From the sequence record MW021758.1: DNA of 64,000 nt; one strand, 5' to 3'. The notes beneath the pieces are model-generated. The model ran no database searches. It had not been told where the DNA came from and saw nothing but the letters and a program-made list of their open reading frames with translations. Made by a program: the position numbers and the translations under genes. Shown in pieces: positions 46,177 to 57,200 of the stretch. Every line of letters starts with the position of its first letter. Within the stretch, counting starts at the first letter, position 1.

Positions 46177-46209
46177 ACGATGGCCGGAGTAGATCCGGGC
46201 CATCGTATT
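46174..46209 (-). terminator. terminator
   Basis: 12-bp stem aatacgatggcc/ggccatcgtatt. Confidence 0.65.
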
Positions 46210-46213
46210 TATC

Positions 46214-48715
46214 TTACGCTGTAGTTTCAGTTACTGCTTTCCATGCGCCAGATACAACCTTATAAATTGTACCAGTAGATATATCGTAAGTACGTACACC
46301 GTAACCCGATACAACGGTAGGAACAACCCAGTTAGCAGTTGTCCACGCAACGCAATCTTGAGAGATACGCCACGCACCGGTATTGGTTTTGCCGCTATCA
46401 AATACGAAACGGTTGAAGAACGTTTTATCGGCATCCAAGTTAATACCTGTGCCAGAAATCGTTACATCATTCATGTTTGCATTAGACAACCAAACACGAG
46501 CGTTATTACCCAACGTAAACGGAGAAGCAACCGTTGAGTCGATAACTCTAAGATTAACTACACCGTTCAAGGTTTGCATTACTGAACCTTCGCGGATAAT
46601 AACTTGCGTAGCTGCGGTAGCATTAATTGCACCGGTCGACCAGCTAGAGTTAGAAACTAAAATTGTACCGGTAGAACTGGTAGCGATGTTAGTCCCATTC
46701 GCCTCAGAGTCGATGAATTCAAGACTAGCTTTATTGTCCATGATGACGTTCATGTTAATGCGACTAGACTCAAAGCGTACTCCTTCACCCGCACCCGTAA
46801 TAGTAAAGTCTTTAGTCGAAATAAGTGAGCAATCTCGGAAAATGACTTTCGACGTATCTGACTTAACGGCGTCGTTTATTTTACAGTGTTCGAACGTATG
46901 GCGCATCCGGTTAAGGATGGTGCCGAAGTTATCGAACGTGATATTCAGTAAACCGTTGAACGTACAGTTACTAAACATCGCAGGTGTCCCAACATTGGTC
47001 ACGCCGCCAACGCGAAGATTACTCAGACCTATCCAAGTGGCGCTGGACATCAACGTTAAATCTCCGTTGATCGTCCCTGACAAAATAGGGGAGCTAGGAT
47101 CCACAAGTATTGCGTTGTTACAAACCAGCGCGGTAGTCGCAGTCCTGGCGTTGGCCAGTGTACGGAATTCGTTACAGGTAACAGATGCGATAGTACCAGC
47201 GCCACTTGGACCTGGATCGCCTGAGATAACTGCAACGTTCGCGCCATCCCGGCCAGAAGCGATGTTGTCGCAACTACAAGTGACCGAAGAACCAATGGTC
47301 AATACTGGTTTAACAGTAGATGCTTTGTCGAAAGTAGCGAAACTGACATCACCTAAGTGCCCGCCAATTGAAGAGAAGTAGCACGAAGTGTACCCGTAAC
47401 CATTTCGTGATTCAATCCCGATAGGATTACTCGGAGTTGCCGTAGTGGACAAGATTGCCTCATCGTGAATACGGACAACGTTGGTTTTACTACCAGCAAT
47501 CAACCACGACTTCTCACGGCAGTTATGCGCCATTACTGCCAAGAATGTATTGGCGTTAGATTCATCGCGACTAGACGTACTGTCAGCTTTCCATGCACCA
47601 ACTTCTAATGCAAAGGCGCTTTGGTTCCCAGACCACATTACTCGAATGTCACCCATTACGTTATCGTAAGAGTCAGCGAAATGGATAGCGCGGCCATTGA
47701 AGTTAGTTGCCATCATGAAGTTAAAACGAGAACCCGATGCAATCATCAAGATACCGTTAAGAACAACATTAGGGTTATATCCGTCCATGTTGAACAGATT
47801 CAACTTATCGATGACAAGGTTACCATACGTTGTACCGAAGAACTTACCGTCCGTACCCCACTTACAATTAAGTGCAGTGATGCAGTATGGAGTAGTTCCG
47901 CCCATTGGCACTGTTCCGGTGGCAGCAAACGTATTACCCCGAACCAGGATGTTAAACTGACCGTTCAGATATTTAAGTCCGGTGATATCCCATGTTTTGG
48001 TGATGAAATAACCCCAACGTGGATAACCGTCGTTTCCTGGGTCGTTCTGGAACGTAGCACTGGAAACTAACGGACAGCCTTTGTCACCGGCTCGTTTAGT
48101 CGCAGCCTGCAGTTTATCCGTGACGTCGTAATAAACTTCTTTCCCGGCTTCACGAGAAGAGATTTTAATCCCGTAGTCTAAGAGGTTAACTTCGTTAGCG
48201 GATCGTTCCCAATACCAGGATTCATTAACGGAAATAAGGTGACCGCCATCGTCAACTACAGCCCCTTTCTTGGCGATGAACCAACCGCCGCCTGTAGTTA
48301 CAGTTTCGTCGTAACTAATAACGTAGACCGGCTCTCCCTCTAACGTAGGGGTACGATTACGTAATGCAGCTATTGTCTTAACGGGGATTCTTCCCTTAGC
48401 TGTTAAATGAAAAACCGCATTACCTTCACCATCAATAACCTGACTCGCTCCGGATGGGAGACGTACGTATTCTGCTACGGAGTATTTGTTATCGCTGGTG
48501 TAAACAAGGAAAGTATTACCCACTTCAGTGTCTTTAATGCCGTCAGCCAAAGTTGAGTAAGCATTGTCGTAGTTAGCCCAGCTTCTGAAATCAGATAGAG
48601 TAAAGCGTTCTGTTTCAATTGCGGTGTCTGAGCTACTGACAACAGGTAATAAACTGGACTCTTTGAGTTTTGCACCTTTAGGCAACTCGCTGATTTTAGT
48701 TTGATTGTTGTTCAT
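46214..48715 (-). CDS. tailspike/putative depolymerase with KISELP anchor
   Basis: anchor + head domain (IAALR..GGGWF..DDGG..YWER) + beta-helix; start set at MNNNQ. Confidence 0.8.
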   Translation of the reverse strand: MNNNQTKISELPKGAKLKESSLLPVVSSSDTAIETERFTLSDFRSWANYDNAYSTLADGIKDTEVGNTFLVYTSDNKYSVAEYVRLPSGASQVIDGEGNAVFHLTAKGRIPVKTIAALRNRTPTLEGEPVYVISYDETVTTGGGWFIAKKGAVVDDGGHLISVNESWYWERSANEVNLLDYGIKISSREAGKEVYYDVTDKLQAATKRAGDKGCPLVSSATFQNDPGNDGYPRWGYFITKTWDITGLKYLNGQFNILVRGNTFAATGTVPMGGTTPYCITALNCKWGTDGKFFGTTYGNLVIDKLNLFNMDGYNPNVVLNGILMIASGSRFNFMMATNFNGRAIHFADSYDNVMGDIRVMWSGNQSAFALEVGAWKADSTSSRDESNANTFLAVMAHNCREKSWLIAGSKTNVVRIHDEAILSTTATPSNPIGIESRNGYGYTSCYFSSIGGHLGDVSFATFDKASTVKPVLTIGSSVTCSCDNIASGRDGANVAVISGDPGPSGAGTIASVTCNEFRTLANARTATTALVCNNAILVDPSSPILSGTINGDLTLMSSATWIGLSNLRVGGVTNVGTPAMFSNCTFNGLLNITFDNFGTILNRMRHTFEHCKINDAVKSDTSKVIFRDCSLISTKDFTITGAGEGVRFESSRINMNVIMDNKASLEFIDSEANGTNIATSSTGTILVSNSSWSTGAINATAATQVIIREGSVMQTLNGVVNLRVIDSTVASPFTLGNNARVWLSNANMNDVTISGTGINLDADKTFFNRFVFDSGKTNTGAWRISQDCVAWTTANWVVPTVVSGYGVRTYDISTGTIYKVVSGAWKAVTETTA

Positions 48716-48745
48716 TATACTGGACCTTTTGATTACGCTCGAAAT

Positions 48746-48756
48746 CTCATAGAAAC
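48746..48756 (-). promoter_or_regulatory. late promoter (TATG)
   Basis: GTTTCTATGAG. Confidence 0.5.
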
Positions 48757-48766
48757 ACGACATAAA

Positions 48767-48794
48767 CCCCTTGGCAGCGTTAGTACTGCCAAAG
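48767..48794 (-). terminator. terminator
   Basis: ttggcag/ctgccaa stem. Confidence 0.55.
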
Positions 48795-48803
48795 GTGTCT
48801 ATA

Positions 48804-50993
48804 TTAGCCTTTAGTTACTACAGTGGCAGGATCGGACACGTAACGCCAGTTAGTCCCATCGGAATAGATCAGTTGGTCTTTAGGCGTTTTCGCTGTATCC
48901 GTACAGGTAACAATCGCACGCTTAGCCAAAGATGCCCCTGGTAAGTTAGCGAACGTATATTCTTTCGCCACCACGCCGTTAGCTAAGGTACCAACGAATG
49001 CAAACGGAACCCATTTACCGGCGGCGTCTTTAACCCAAGAGATAGGAGTGCCGTCAGGTGCGTTGGCAACCACGTTCTTGTTAACCCAGATAGAACCGTT
49101 TGGACGAGTGCCGTTAGGCGCTTGTTCCGCAGGGGCGTTATTTGAGTAAACCTGGTTCATCACTGCGCCAGATGGACGGAAGTCAATACCCCATTTGGTA
49201 TCAACGCTCAACGTACCATCAATAACTGTACCGATTACTGCGCCGCCACCGCCAGAGGCGTTGAAGGAGAAGTTACCTTTACAGTGTCCGCCGGTAACAC
49301 GAACGTTCTTCACGTAGTTAGTGAAGTTATCGAAGATACAGTTGTTGAAGTTGATATCCGGGAAAGAGCCATCGTTGTTCATGACGACGTCTTTCATCAT
49401 GGTGTTGGAAATCAGTCCAGTATAAGACGGGTAAGACCAGGTCAGGTTACCAAGACGGCAGTTGTCGATCCATACCCGAGAAGACGGGCCAAAGTAGCAG
49501 TCGGTCAACCAGCTATTGGTGATAGTCATGGCAAACTCACGGTTGGCAGAGGCTAAACAAATACCGCCCCCTCGCGTTGTGTTCGTGATCATGACCACAC
49601 CGTAACCACCGGCGTAAACGAAACGTTCGGTTTCAGAAGACTGCATCTGATCCAGCATGACTTCGGACGAACTGGAGCCATCTACTTGGATAAACACACG
49701 ACCCGCTTTCTCAGGACTGGTGTCCATGACAAAGTTAGGATCGTAGAGTTTAAACTTACTCATCGGGCCGTTACGCTGCTCGCAGTGAATCTTGGAGATC
49801 CACAGGCCAATACCACCACGATAGTAGACAGTAGGGGAACAGTTGTTAGCTTCCCACTGACCGCCTTGGAAACGCAGCATGTTAGATGCATCGCCTGACT
49901 TACTGGAGATGATGTGGATCGGTGCGAATTGCGTCTTGCTCAAGTTGACCAGATCAGCGTAAACGCCGTAGTCCCCTGAGGTACGACCACAGATTTGAAC
50001 TTCCAGGAAGTTGAAGTAACCATCCTGAACTTGGTCGAGGAGTAGGCCAGCGCCTTTGAAGTTCTCGATCTTAAGGCTATCAATCTCAGGGTAACCTACG
50101 TTACGCATGTAGAGGCCGTGTAGGACTTTACCGCCACCCAAGATAGAGAATCCCTTCAGAACTACACCTGAGTAAGTGAAGTCAGTAGGATTGTCTACAG
50201 TAATGCTCAGAACTGCAGTGGTATCGTCATTAAAGTCACCACCCATCCATTGCAAAATGGCACGACCAGTATGGGCACCATCTGCGTACAAAGCAAACCC
50301 TTTGTTAGCTTTGATTACGATTGGCGTACGGATACCAAAGTATTGACTCGGTACCTTGATCGGTTGTAAAGAACGAGAGTATTGGATGTTCTGGATGAAC
50401 GGACCGTTATCCGCTACCGAGTTATCGCAACCACCATCCCACAGAGTCAACGCACGCAGATCCTGACGATACCATACGGTATTCTCATCAACACGAATCG
50501 TGGTGTAACCACCGTCGTCGGGTACGGTCGTATTAACCGCAGATACAAAGCGGCCGCCGCCATTCATTTTACCGGTGTAATACTCGGTGACCTCAACAAT
50601 TTCGTTAGGGTTCTTTGGCTTAGTGGTACGCAGGGTAGCCATGTTAGGAATGACACGATAAGATGCCATACCTTTTGGAGTCAGGTGGACTACAGGAGTT
50701 CCCGCTTCATCCAGAACCTGGCCAGCACCGCTGGCGCCACGAAGGTACTCAGCTACCGCAGTTTTGTCTGGCCCAGTGAATACGAAGAACACCTCGCCTT
50801 GTACCGTATCAGGAATAGCTTCGGCTAAGGTATTGTACGCGTTCTCGTAGTTCAGTCCCTTACGAAGCTGCGCTACGGTAAACTTCTCAGTTATTCCACC
50901 TGCTGTCTTAGCCGTTGCCAATGGCAGTAGGCTGCTTTCCCTTACTTTAGAACCACCAGGTAGTTCCGTAATCTTAGCGCTGTAATCGCTCAT
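48804..50993 (-). CDS. tailspike/putative depolymerase with KITELP anchor
   Basis: anchor + head + beta-helix; C-terminal IYSDGTNWRYV motif. Confidence 0.8.
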   Translation of the reverse strand: MSDYSAKITELPGGSKVRESSLLPLATAKTAGGITEKFTVAQLRKGLNYENAYNTLAEAIPDTVQGEVFFVFTGPDKTAVAEYLRGASGAGQVLDEAGTPVVHLTPKGMASYRVIPNMATLRTTKPKNPNEIVEVTEYYTGKMNGGGRFVSAVNTTVPDDGGYTTIRVDENTVWYRQDLRALTLWDGGCDNSVADNGPFIQNIQYSRSLQPIKVPSQYFGIRTPIVIKANKGFALYADGAHTGRAILQWMGGDFNDDTTAVLSITVDNPTDFTYSGVVLKGFSILGGGKVLHGLYMRNVGYPEIDSLKIENFKGAGLLLDQVQDGYFNFLEVQICGRTSGDYGVYADLVNLSKTQFAPIHIISSKSGDASNMLRFQGGQWEANNCSPTVYYRGGIGLWISKIHCEQRNGPMSKFKLYDPNFVMDTSPEKAGRVFIQVDGSSSSEVMLDQMQSSETERFVYAGGYGVVMITNTTRGGGICLASANREFAMTITNSWLTDCYFGPSSRVWIDNCRLGNLTWSYPSYTGLISNTMMKDVVMNNDGSFPDINFNNCIFDNFTNYVKNVRVTGGHCKGNFSFNASGGGGAVIGTVIDGTLSVDTKWGIDFRPSGAVMNQVYSNNAPAEQAPNGTRPNGSIWVNKNVVANAPDGTPISWVKDAAGKWVPFAFVGTLANGVVAKEYTFANLPGASLAKRAIVTCTDTAKTPKDQLIYSDGTNWRYVSDPATVVTKG

Positions 50994-51005
50994 TTTAATA
51001 CCTTA

Positions 51006-53201
51006 TTAAACAGGGTTACCGTTGCCATCAACCCAAACAGCTGGGTTAGCAGATTTGAGATAAATTGGTTTACCTAATGTGGTGTCGAAGAAGTAATAGC
51101 CAATGGCAGTTACCGCTGGTCGTACGCTACCTGCTGAACTGAACTTAGGGACAGGTTCAATTTGAGATCTGATCTCTAACCAGTCAACACCTAATACGTG
51201 GTTGGTACCTTCGGCATTAGAGGCAGTGATGCGTATCCAGCCCAGGATAGTGTAGGTGCCCTGGGTTGCCTGGGTACCGATACCGGGGTTAGTCAACATC
51301 GCTTTATCGCCGCGAATCCATCCACCGCCTGCGGTAGGGAGATTATCCGTGTACATAGTGCGACGGACATTGGTGATGAACGTGTTGATGTTACGAGATG
51401 GACCATCGATACGACAACCTTCTTCAACTAGTGCAAAACCGGTTAACCAACGATACCCTTCTAACGAAGCGTTAAGGATTTGAGTACCGTTAGTGATTAA
51501 CAACTGACCGGTAGTACTGATACCTGTAATGCCGCGGTTCTGTTGACCAGTAGCATCGAAGTAACAAGCATCTACAGTCAACGACGCATTGCTATCGGTA
51601 ATGATAGCTACTGCTGCACGTTGCTGTTTGTCCAAGCCGTAAGAGTAGATCTTACTGTTACTGATGACCGTGTCGTTACCCGTACGAATAGCGTCGCGGT
51701 CGTAGTTATTCATGGTAACCGAATCCAAGATGACTCGTGCATACGGAGACACGCGTTGGAAGTAGTTGAAACAACCGTTAGCTGGTGCAGTCAACCCGTT
51801 CAGGTTATTACCGTTACCCGTGAACTTACCGTTACGAATAACTAACTGGCCACTAAAGTTCTGAGCGTAGATAGGGTTAACGCAAATGTCCATGTCGCAA
51901 CCTGTGAAGCGAATGGAATCGGCGCTACCTGCATAACGCTCACCTCTCAGGAAGATACCCTTACTGTACCCGAATGCAAAGATACGTTGTACTTCAGCAA
52001 AGTCAACACGACCAAAGTGGAACGCCTCACCATTCTCATGAATCCACTGTTTCAGAGATTGTGCGTAGTCCTGATCGGAGTTCAGGTACATGTTGTAGTT
52101 CCAATGGATATCGGAAATACGAGGGATGTCCAGAACACGGTCAAGTGAGATACCACGATAGATAGGAGCGCCGTTAATATCTTTCATCGTGATATACGAT
52201 GCGGAACCTTCGTCGTTACCGCCGATCTTAAATCCGTAGTAAGCGTTACCTACGTTTATTCCCGTGAAAGAAGAATAAAATCCAGCACCGACAAAAATAG
52301 GTCCGTAACGCACAATCGGCTTAGCATTGATGTCTTTTGTTTGTTTCGGGTAGTTGAAGACAAGTCCGGAGATTCGGTTTTTACTTTTGACAAGGAACTG
52401 TCCGGTTGTTTCGATTTCGTGAGTGATTTCAAAGTAAGCTCTCCCACCGTTAGCCACAGTAAGATCAACACCTACTGGAATTTCAATCCCTGCTACCGCT
52501 AGACTCATTTGAGCCCCATCACGGAATACAACAGGACGTTTCAAGTTAACCGCCTGAGCAATGGCTTGTTTCAACGTAGTGGATACGTCATTACCTGAAC
52601 CATTCACGTAACCGAACCACTCTGGGTTAATGCCTTCGTCGACATTAATACGGCGCCAGTGGAAACCGTCCCCTGCCGCAACAATACCGTTGTCGTCAGC
52701 TCCCGTAGACAGATTGCCTTGGAAACGACCACCGCCGTAAGTGGAGCCCTCGTTCCAACCCAGAAGTTCTACAATAGCACCTTCGAAAGGAGGTTTGATT
52801 TCACGCAGTCGTGCAAAGGAACTTACGTGACCGATCATGGTAAGTCCTAACTCACCGCGAATGAAGTCCAGCGCTTTAGCGGTTTGTCCTTTAAAAGGAT
52901 TACCCTGCGCATCTTGGACGATCTCTGCTGCACCATTACTGTTAAGGTACGCGTAGACTTCTAACTGGGTTTCATCGACGTATACGTGGAAGATCTGTCC
53001 TGGGATAGTGTTGGCTAAACCTTCCTGTACGGTTAGGAAAGCGTTGGCGTAATTGAGCTGATCACGTAGGGCACTTAACTTTATTTTACGTGTTTGTTTA
53101 TCGCCCATGTCATCGTTAGTGAACGGGATGATATCGTTGTCGTTAATACGATTAGGATCGTCTAACTGACTAATCTTAATACCGCTGAAATTATCGGCCA
53201 T
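51006..53201 (-). CDS. tailspike/putative depolymerase with KISQL anchor
   Basis: anchor + head + beta-helix; C-terminal FFDTTLGKPIY...WVDGNG. Confidence 0.8.
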   Translation of the reverse strand: MADNFSGIKISQLDDPNRINDNDIIPFTNDDMGDKQTRKIKLSALRDQLNYANAFLTVQEGLANTIPGQIFHVYVDETQLEVYAYLNSNGAAEIVQDAQGNPFKGQTAKALDFIRGELGLTMIGHVSSFARLREIKPPFEGAIVELLGWNEGSTYGGGRFQGNLSTGADDNGIVAAGDGFHWRRINVDEGINPEWFGYVNGSGNDVSTTLKQAIAQAVNLKRPVVFRDGAQMSLAVAGIEIPVGVDLTVANGGRAYFEITHEIETTGQFLVKSKNRISGLVFNYPKQTKDINAKPIVRYGPIFVGAGFYSSFTGINVGNAYYGFKIGGNDEGSASYITMKDINGAPIYRGISLDRVLDIPRISDIHWNYNMYLNSDQDYAQSLKQWIHENGEAFHFGRVDFAEVQRIFAFGYSKGIFLRGERYAGSADSIRFTGCDMDICVNPIYAQNFSGQLVIRNGKFTGNGNNLNGLTAPANGCFNYFQRVSPYARVILDSVTMNNYDRDAIRTGNDTVISNSKIYSYGLDKQQRAAVAIITDSNASLTVDACYFDATGQQNRGITGISTTGQLLITNGTQILNASLEGYRWLTGFALVEEGCRIDGPSRNINTFITNVRRTMYTDNLPTAGGGWIRGDKAMLTNPGIGTQATQGTYTILGWIRITASNAEGTNHVLGVDWLEIRSQIEPVPKFSSAGSVRPAVTAIGYYFFDTTLGKPIYLKSANPAVWVDGNGNPV

Positions 53202-53231
53202 TGGTTTGCACCTAGTATAAGAGAGTAATGT

Positions 53232-53270
53232 TTCATAGGAACAAAATAGGAGGAGGGTTTCCCCTCCTCC
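53232..53270 (-). promoter_or_regulatory. terminator + late promoter module (repeat copy B1)
   Basis: ttcataggaac-aaaata-g-gaggagggtttcccctcctc. Confidence 0.7.
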
Positions 53271-53273
53271 GTT

Positions 53274-56200
53274 CTATGCTGTAAATTTAACCACAGGTAC
53301 CCAAGTGGATACAGAAGTAGTGGGATCTAGCTTAGAGCAGTAGTAAACTAAGCCATCTCCATCTGCTGTCGGGCCCAATCTTTCACACATCGTACCTACC
53401 GGAATCCCGTTTGGAGTAACCCAACCCGTTACTGTCCCGTAACATACGCATTGCCCAGTGAAACGGGGGCCGTCGTTTTTGATATTACTAATTGCTACGT
53501 TACCAGAGAATCTACATGATGAGAACCATAAATTCTTAGAGTTGATTGTAGCGTTTACTCCGTCGATTATTGTATTTCCCGTAATCAAGCAGTTGTTGAA
53601 CTTAGCTCTTTCGGGAGTTGCTGAACTATTTAACGAAATTGAAGCGATGGTACAATCGTTGAAATAGTTGTATCCGGTACACAACCCATTAACTCCGCCG
53701 TTGAAAGTACAATTGGTGAAATTAGTAGTAGCAGTTGAGTTTGGTGTCGCCACGTACGGTAGGGTAAACGTAACAGAATCGAAATTACCGTAACTGGCCC
53801 CTAGGTTACGGATACGACCAAAGGATACCTTATGCGCAGACTCCCAGATAAATGCAGTGTCTTTAACCAAGATATTTCCAATGTTTATCCTGGCGCTAGG
53901 TTCTGCATGATAAACGTCGGTAGATAGTGCGCCGATGTAACCATACATATTCGATCCGCCAAACGTACTAGTTATCGATTTAGCTGCGCTTGATGAAGAG
54001 GTGGCTATACTGGATGATAAATCAAGTACAAGACGAGTATGACTACCTACGTCGAGGGCATCTTTATCACCGTAGTACGTTTTACCGTTACTTCTACGAT
54101 AGTCGTTAACAGTTAAGTCACCTACAGTCCCTGCAACCAAATAGAACTGATGGTTAAGGTAAGTTAATCCGGACTTCGTACTTCCGGTATAACCGTCATC
54201 GGTTACCAACGTAGCGGTTGCTTCAATGTGGACACGCTCGATGTTGTGCTTAGAACCGTTAATCGAGACGCCCTTATGATACGCATCATGACAGAGAATG
54301 TTACTAACTGTTATTGAGTTAGTCTCGTCTCCATTGCCTCTCCAGTACTGAGAGTAGGTCGTCTCGTTACCGCAGCGTTCGGTCACCAACCCAGCGAATA
54401 CCGAGTCGTACACTGGACCAAACTGGTAACCAGCCCCATCGAATGCGCGCGCGGAAATCCTGCCGACATTACCACCAGTGAATTTAAAGAAAATACCGCT
54501 CATTGGCGATGCGCGTTTAGAAACGTCCTCTACGTGAATATCGGCTATATTAGGCCACCCACTGATGTCCTTATAATCGGTATCTGGATTACCCCAACAT
54601 AACACGTAACTGCCGCTAGTTTTATCGAACTTGTCAGATGCAACGTAAATACGAATACTATCTCCGACTATGTTCATAATCCCGGTCATTACTAACATTT
54701 TAGTCGTGTAGTAACCCTCGTTGATCTTTGAACATGGGAAGAATATAGAGTACCCTAAGCGTTTAGCGGCTGCGATCGCGTTAGCTAAGGCTACCGTACT
54801 ATCAGTACCCTTCAAAGTTATCCTCCCGTAATCGCCGATAGCCCCAAAGTGTTCTACGTTAACACGTTTGTCCTGAACTTGACGAAGCCAGCTGTAACCG
54901 TTACCGGTAATCGCCATACCACCATCATCAGGAGCTGTAATCAACGTCCCGATGAAATTACCGCCCCCTATTCCTTTACCTGCCACGTAGCTCTTAAGTT
55001 CTATCTGATCCCCTTCTTTAGCAGGACCTACCATTCGAAGTTCTTCGACAAAATCCACTGAACGATTAGGGTAACTTACGCCGGCATATACGGCTGCATC
55101 AAACGGGCGGAACGTAGGGCCTTGGTAAGAGTTCATTACGAGCTTACCGGTGATCTGAGGACGAGCCACGCTCGGGCCGAACATATCGACGTCGCCCCAG
55201 TTCAAGGTCATGGTTCCGTCACCTTTAATGACGAATGGAGCCGCGACACCTTGTTTGTACTGGAAGGAAAGACGTTTGATTACCGGACGAGCATTATTCT
55301 CAACAACCAATGCAGTACCGAAGTTACGACGGAACTCCAGTTCATCGATGACGGAATCGCTCTCGATGAGCATTACCGGACTTGTACTTGCTGAAGTCGT
55401 AGCCGCCAGAATCATTTTACCGATACGGGCGTTCTTACGCAGAGAAACCGTATAACCGCCCTGAAGGTTGTTCAAGGATTGGATATAGAACGATTTCAGA
55501 TACAGACCATCGGTGTTGATGTAAACGTCGTTGTTAATCGTAGAGGCGCCGAGGAAGTCGATTGCGTCCACGATAACTTTAGTAATCTGGGAGTTAGGAC
55601 CATCTGTTGCCGAGAACAGAGTAGATCCTGCCAGGTTGGTTTTGCTCATGATCCGAATCTTACCGATCGAACCATTCGCACAGTTACCGTTGATCCCTAC
55701 ACCGACGTGTACTTTGTTAAAGTGCAGGTTACCGATGGTGAAGTTCTTAGCGCCAATCCACAAAGCAGCCGCTTGGTTAGCGTACTGGAAGTTATCTTCG
55801 TAGATAGAACCCAGGTTCATGTCACCGGAAACTGTTACACCGTCGCCCTGGATGTTCAGACCAGCGCAACCGAAGTATTGGCAACTGATGTTGGAGATCT
55901 GGATGTTTTGAGAACCAGCCCCATCTGCGCCACATGACACAATGCAACCTGGGAGAGCCGTAGCGCCGTCTTCGTTGTTTTTGTCAATACAGCCTGCGTA
56001 GACGATATCGACGTTGTGAGCTTTACCTGAACCACCTTTAAGGATGATCGCGTCACCAGAACACCAACCGACCGAGCTGTTAGTGATTTCGTTATACCCT
56101 GGATCGTAGCAAGAGAACATTGCTGTACGAAGGTCGTCGCCGAAGCAGTTGTTCACGTAGGCTTCACCAAAACCACGCAGGGCGTTAGACCAACCGTAGA

Positions 56201-57128
56201 AGTTACAGTTCTCAACTACACCGTAACTAATGCACAAAGCATCGCACTGGTTAACATCGTTCCACTTAGAGTTCTTAGTGGCAGGGCCCTGGAGATTTAA
56301 GTTGAAGAAGCTACGGAACTTCGTGTAACGTTGAGTAACACCATTGGCGTCAATCTCGTTAATCAAACCACGGGATTTATCGGAATACTTGATCCAAGCT
56401 CCGTTGCCGTCGATGAACTGTTGCCATTTGATTGACTTCAGGACAAGAGTACGGTTTGCGATATAAGTAGCACTACCATCGAACTGGACATCTAAGCCGG
56501 AGTTCAACGCTCCTTCAATAGCAGCGGAGTCGTCTTTATCTGGAGTACCGTAAGCACCGAACATTTCCGGAGTGACGAAGTTAGTGTTACGTACCCAGTA
56601 GTAGTTACTCCCGTCACCAGCTACCATACCGCCATCGTCGGCGCGTTTACCGTAATAACCAATAAACTCACCACCACCTTTATTAAGGCCTTTATAATAG
56701 CTACTGAGATAAATGCTAACACCCTCTTTTAATGGGCGGGTGTTACGGAGTTCATCAAAGCTGCCTACGGTGGCCCCGACAGCCAGACTGCCTACAATAC
56801 CCATACGCGTTGGGTAATAGATGACTCCTTCTTTGGGATCTTGGACTGGGGTAGCGGCACCGCCAATGTTCTGGTATTCGTTGGCGAATACTCTGGTGCC
56901 ATCAGAGTAGACGAAGAACGTATCGCCTAGCTTAGTGGCATCGACACCGTCCTTAATAGTTTCGTAGGCGTTTGACAAATCGAAGTAACTCCGCATTTCG
57001 CGGAAGTTAACTTTACCCGTCATCTTAGCGCCTTGACTACGCCCTACCGCAGGGAGAACAGAGTTGGAATCGAAGTGGTCTAACTTCGGCAACTCGGTAA
57101 TGCGCAATTGTAAATCGTTATCTGACAT
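53274..57128 (-). CDS. tandem double tailspike (anchor + two head/beta-helix modules)
   Basis: head motif occurs twice (SFDELR..KGGGEF..DDGG and VEELR..GGGNF..DDGG); start set at MSDND. Confidence 0.8.
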   Translation of the reverse strand: MSDNDLQLRITELPKLDHFDSNSVLPAVGRSQGAKMTGKVNFREMRSYFDLSNAYETIKDGVDATKLGDTFFVYSDGTRVFANEYQNIGGAATPVQDPKEGVIYYPTRMGIVGSLAVGATVGSFDELRNTRPLKEGVSIYLSSYYKGLNKGGGEFIGYYGKRADDGGMVAGDGSNYYWVRNTNFVTPEMFGAYGTPDKDDSAAIEGALNSGLDVQFDGSATYIANRTLVLKSIKWQQFIDGNGAWIKYSDKSRGLINEIDANGVTQRYTKFRSFFNLNLQGPATKNSKWNDVNQCDALCISYGVVENCNFYGWSNALRGFGEAYVNNCFGDDLRTAMFSCYDPGYNEITNSSVGWCSGDAIILKGGSGKAHNVDIVYAGCIDKNNEDGATALPGCIVSCGADGAGSQNIQISNISCQYFGCAGLNIQGDGVTVSGDMNLGSIYEDNFQYANQAAALWIGAKNFTIGNLHFNKVHVGVGINGNCANGSIGKIRIMSKTNLAGSTLFSATDGPNSQITKVIVDAIDFLGASTINNDVYINTDGLYLKSFYIQSLNNLQGGYTVSLRKNARIGKMILAATTSASTSPVMLIESDSVIDELEFRRNFGTALVVENNARPVIKRLSFQYKQGVAAPFVIKGDGTMTLNWGDVDMFGPSVARPQITGKLVMNSYQGPTFRPFDAAVYAGVSYPNRSVDFVEELRMVGPAKEGDQIELKSYVAGKGIGGGNFIGTLITAPDDGGMAITGNGYSWLRQVQDKRVNVEHFGAIGDYGRITLKGTDSTVALANAIAAAKRLGYSIFFPCSKINEGYYTTKMLVMTGIMNIVGDSIRIYVASDKFDKTSGSYVLCWGNPDTDYKDISGWPNIADIHVEDVSKRASPMSGIFFKFTGGNVGRISARAFDGAGYQFGPVYDSVFAGLVTERCGNETTYSQYWRGNGDETNSITVSNILCHDAYHKGVSINGSKHNIERVHIEATATLVTDDGYTGSTKSGLTYLNHQFYLVAGTVGDLTVNDYRRSNGKTYYGDKDALDVGSHTRLVLDLSSSIATSSSSAAKSITSTFGGSNMYGYIGALSTDVYHAEPSARINIGNILVKDTAFIWESAHKVSFGRIRNLGASYGNFDSVTFTLPYVATPNSTATTNFTNCTFNGGVNGLCTGYNYFNDCTIASISLNSSATPERAKFNNCLITGNTIIDGVNATINSKNLWFSSCRFSGNVAISNIKNDGPRFTGQCVCYGTVTGWVTPNGIPVGTMCERLGPTADGDGLVYYCSKLDPTTSVSTWVPVVKFTA

Positions 57129-57158
57129 GGACGTGAGCCTCATGGTATTGTGTAAATA

Positions 57159-57200
57159 TTCATAGGAACCCAAAATAAAAGAGGAGGGTTTCCCCTCCTC
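57159..57200 (-). promoter_or_regulatory. terminator + late promoter module (repeat copy B2)
   Basis: ttcataggaac-ccaaaataaaa-gaggagggtttcccctcctc; 20 nt identical to 53250..53269. Confidence 0.7.
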
